A stretch of DNA of 62,803 bases, the filler included, from Craspedostauros australis (lineage: Eukaryota), in assembly GCA_030167865.1 (NCBI GenBank). It is 3 parts of 3 records of this genome, joined end to end, with 100 filler letters (N's around TTAATTAATTAA, not from the genome) between each part and the next. Parts side by side here need not be neighbours in the genome. Positions count along the whole stretch, not along the records: positions 52,694 to 62,803 come from JALAGF010003771.1; 2 more parts are not named here. One strand, written 5' to 3'. Both the position numbers and the translations under genes were made by a program. Below are positions 60,801 to 62,803 of the stretch, one piece after another (the first letter of the stretch is position 1; each line of letters opens with the position of its first letter). Under the pieces are notes generated by a model. It did not search any database. It was not told where the DNA came from and saw only the letters and a list, made by a program, of their open reading frames with translations.

Positions 60801-62416
60801 GCCCAGACTGCCCATTCGAGGTATTCACCGGACAAGGTAGCCTAGAAGTAGGAAACAACCCACCCAATTTCCGCGATGAGTCCCTCGTCTTTTTCGGCAT
60901 CCTCGAATTCTGTCGGGGCCCGAGCACCGAGATGCCAACTGGATCTGCTTCCCCCACTACGACAACATTGCCAACAACCCAGCCATCCGCAGGCCCCACA
61001 CAGGCACCAACAGACACCTGCCGCGACGCAAAAACAGCAGGTCTCCCAAGAGGCTTCTTTGACGACACGGTCGCTTCAGTGCGACACGACATTCAGATTC
61101 TGGATAGTGTCGACATCACAGGCATGAGGCTTGTCCTACCATCGATGGGGAACCAAAATTTCACAATCTTCTACCGCCCAAGTACTTGGGATGCATCCGG
61201 GAATTGGGCAGAACTTGCATCGGGAACGATCGAGGCCAGAGGTGCTGGTGAATTCACAGATGTGATCGCATTCGACCAACCTTTGGCTGTGTCCGAAAGC
61301 GACGATGTGATCTCCATCCGCATCGATACACGAACGAGCACAGGGGATGACTTCTCGGACAACATCATTCCCATCCCTCCAGACTGGCTTGATTGCAACA
61401 ATTGCCCATTCACTATCTTTACGGGAATTGCGAGCGGTGTTGTCGGTGATTATCCTCCTCCTCTCTACGATGGCTCCTTTGAGTACTTCATGGGTTCGCT
61501 GGAATTCTGCAACGGCAACTCGAAGATGCCTCCAACTGGATCTGCTTCCCCCACTATGACAACATCGCCAACAATCCAGCCATCCGCAGGCCCCACACAG
61601 GCACCGACAGACACCTGCCGCGACGCAAACACAGCAGGTCTCCCAAGAGGCTTCTTTGACGACACGGTCGCTTCAGTGCGACACGACATTCAGATTCATG
61701 GTAGTGTCGACATCACAGGCATGAGGCTTGTCCTACCATCGACGGGAAACCAAACTTTCACAATCTTCTACCGCCCAAGTACTTGGGATGCATCCGGGAA
61801 TTGGGCAGAACTTGCATCGGGAACGATCGAGGCCAGAGGTGGTGGTGAATTCACAGACGTGATTCCATTCGATCAACCTTTGGCTGTATCCGAAAGCGAC
61901 GATGTGATCTCCATCCGCATCGATACACGAACGAGCACAGGGGATGAATATTCGGACAACATCATTCCCATCCCTCCAGACTGGCTTGATTGCGACAATT
62001 GCCCATTCACTATCTTTACGGGAATTGCGAGCGGTGTTGTCGGTGATAATCCTCCTCCTCTCTACGGTGGCGTCTTTGAGTACTTCATGGGTTCACTGGA
62101 ATTCTGCAACGGCAACTCGAAGATGCCGCCATCTGCGCTGCCATCTGCGCTGTCGTCCGCGCCGTCATCCGCTCCGTCATCCATGCTGTCGTCCACACCG
62201 TCATCCACGCCGCCATCTGCGCTACCATCCACGCTGTCGTCGGCGCCGTCGGCCGCGCCGTCATCCACGCTGTCGTCCTTCCCTTCCTCCCAACCATCTC
62301 ACATACGCAGCACGAAGGGGGCGAAATCCTACAAATCGGACAAGTCATCAAAGGAGAGCAAGACCAAGTCTCCCAAGTCATCCAAATCAAGCAAGTCGCC
62401 GAAGAGCTCTGAATGA
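57833..62416 (+). CDS. Secreted gametolysin (peptidase M11)-like pseudo-peptidase with tandem modules and Lys/Ser tail; exons 57833-57925, 58183-58918, 59122-59281, 59567-59637, 59886-62416
   Basis: Signal peptide; four GT-AG introns with matching phases. M11 landmarks: QFAAMSFDKL, YSY...ISVYN, EFGDRSGAMG, YNGAKSWVMGWY, YYIAFNRAIGFN. Confidence 0.82.
60935..62128 (+). repeat. 597-bp (199-aa) near-identical tandem duplication within the M11-like gene
   Basis: Units 60935-61531 and 61532-62128. A diverged third copy lies at ~60420-60915. Confidence 0.95.
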
Positions 62417-62803
62417 GACCACTCAATGAGTACGGATACTCGTGCATCCAGCTCCTGTAGCAACAATGAAGGCAGATGTTGGTCTATCACCAAACCGTGG
62501 TACAATCCTTGACCACGGGATGAGGGATGCCATCGAAGCCCGAGGATTGAAGAATGAACAATCTACTCCATCATATGATACATGTTATAGCGTCTTCACA
62601 GAAGCACATGTAATATAATACATTGCAACCTGCCAAGCTCCTCCGTCCACACAACTCGTAGTATGCAGGCCGCGCGAAGAATACTGTTTGTACGTATGGT
62701 AGATGTGTTTGCTGCCATTTCGATCGGATTCATGTTTACAACTGTTCCATGGTGATACGCTCTGGGTAGGAGCACTTCGTGAAATCCATTCTCATGCCGC
62801 CGT

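Overview
Eukaryotic genomic DNA, most likely from a diatom. Evidence: GT-AG introns, ASAF-type bipartite plastid signals, a DUF6824 protein, a CoDi-like Copia gag and a silaffin-like KxxK tail. The window is three separate contigs (1-29539, 29640-52593, 52694-62803) joined by artificial 100-bp N44-TTAATTAATTAA-N44 spacers, so synteny across the spacers is not established. About 20 protein genes are supported. These include a fatty acid hydroxylase, DUF6824 protein, TruA, ABC-F, renalase-like oxidoreductase, HDAC, CTL/SLC44, Mpv17, EXPERA, HMG-box factor, Ycf45-like ATPase and an FCP1/NIF phosphatase. Most notable: (1) a 5-exon secreted gametolysin (M11)-like gene that has lost all zinc ligands and carries tandem ~199-aa modules plus a silaffin-like Lys/Ser tail; (2) contig 1 is bracketed by ~830-bp inverted repeats carrying outward-facing ZIP metal-transporter 5' ends, with a stepwise identity gradient; (3) a type II membrane protein with four Cys-patterned NIDO-like repeats; (4) a decayed Copia element and CpG-depleted relics. 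All family assignments come from motif recognition by eye, not database searches.
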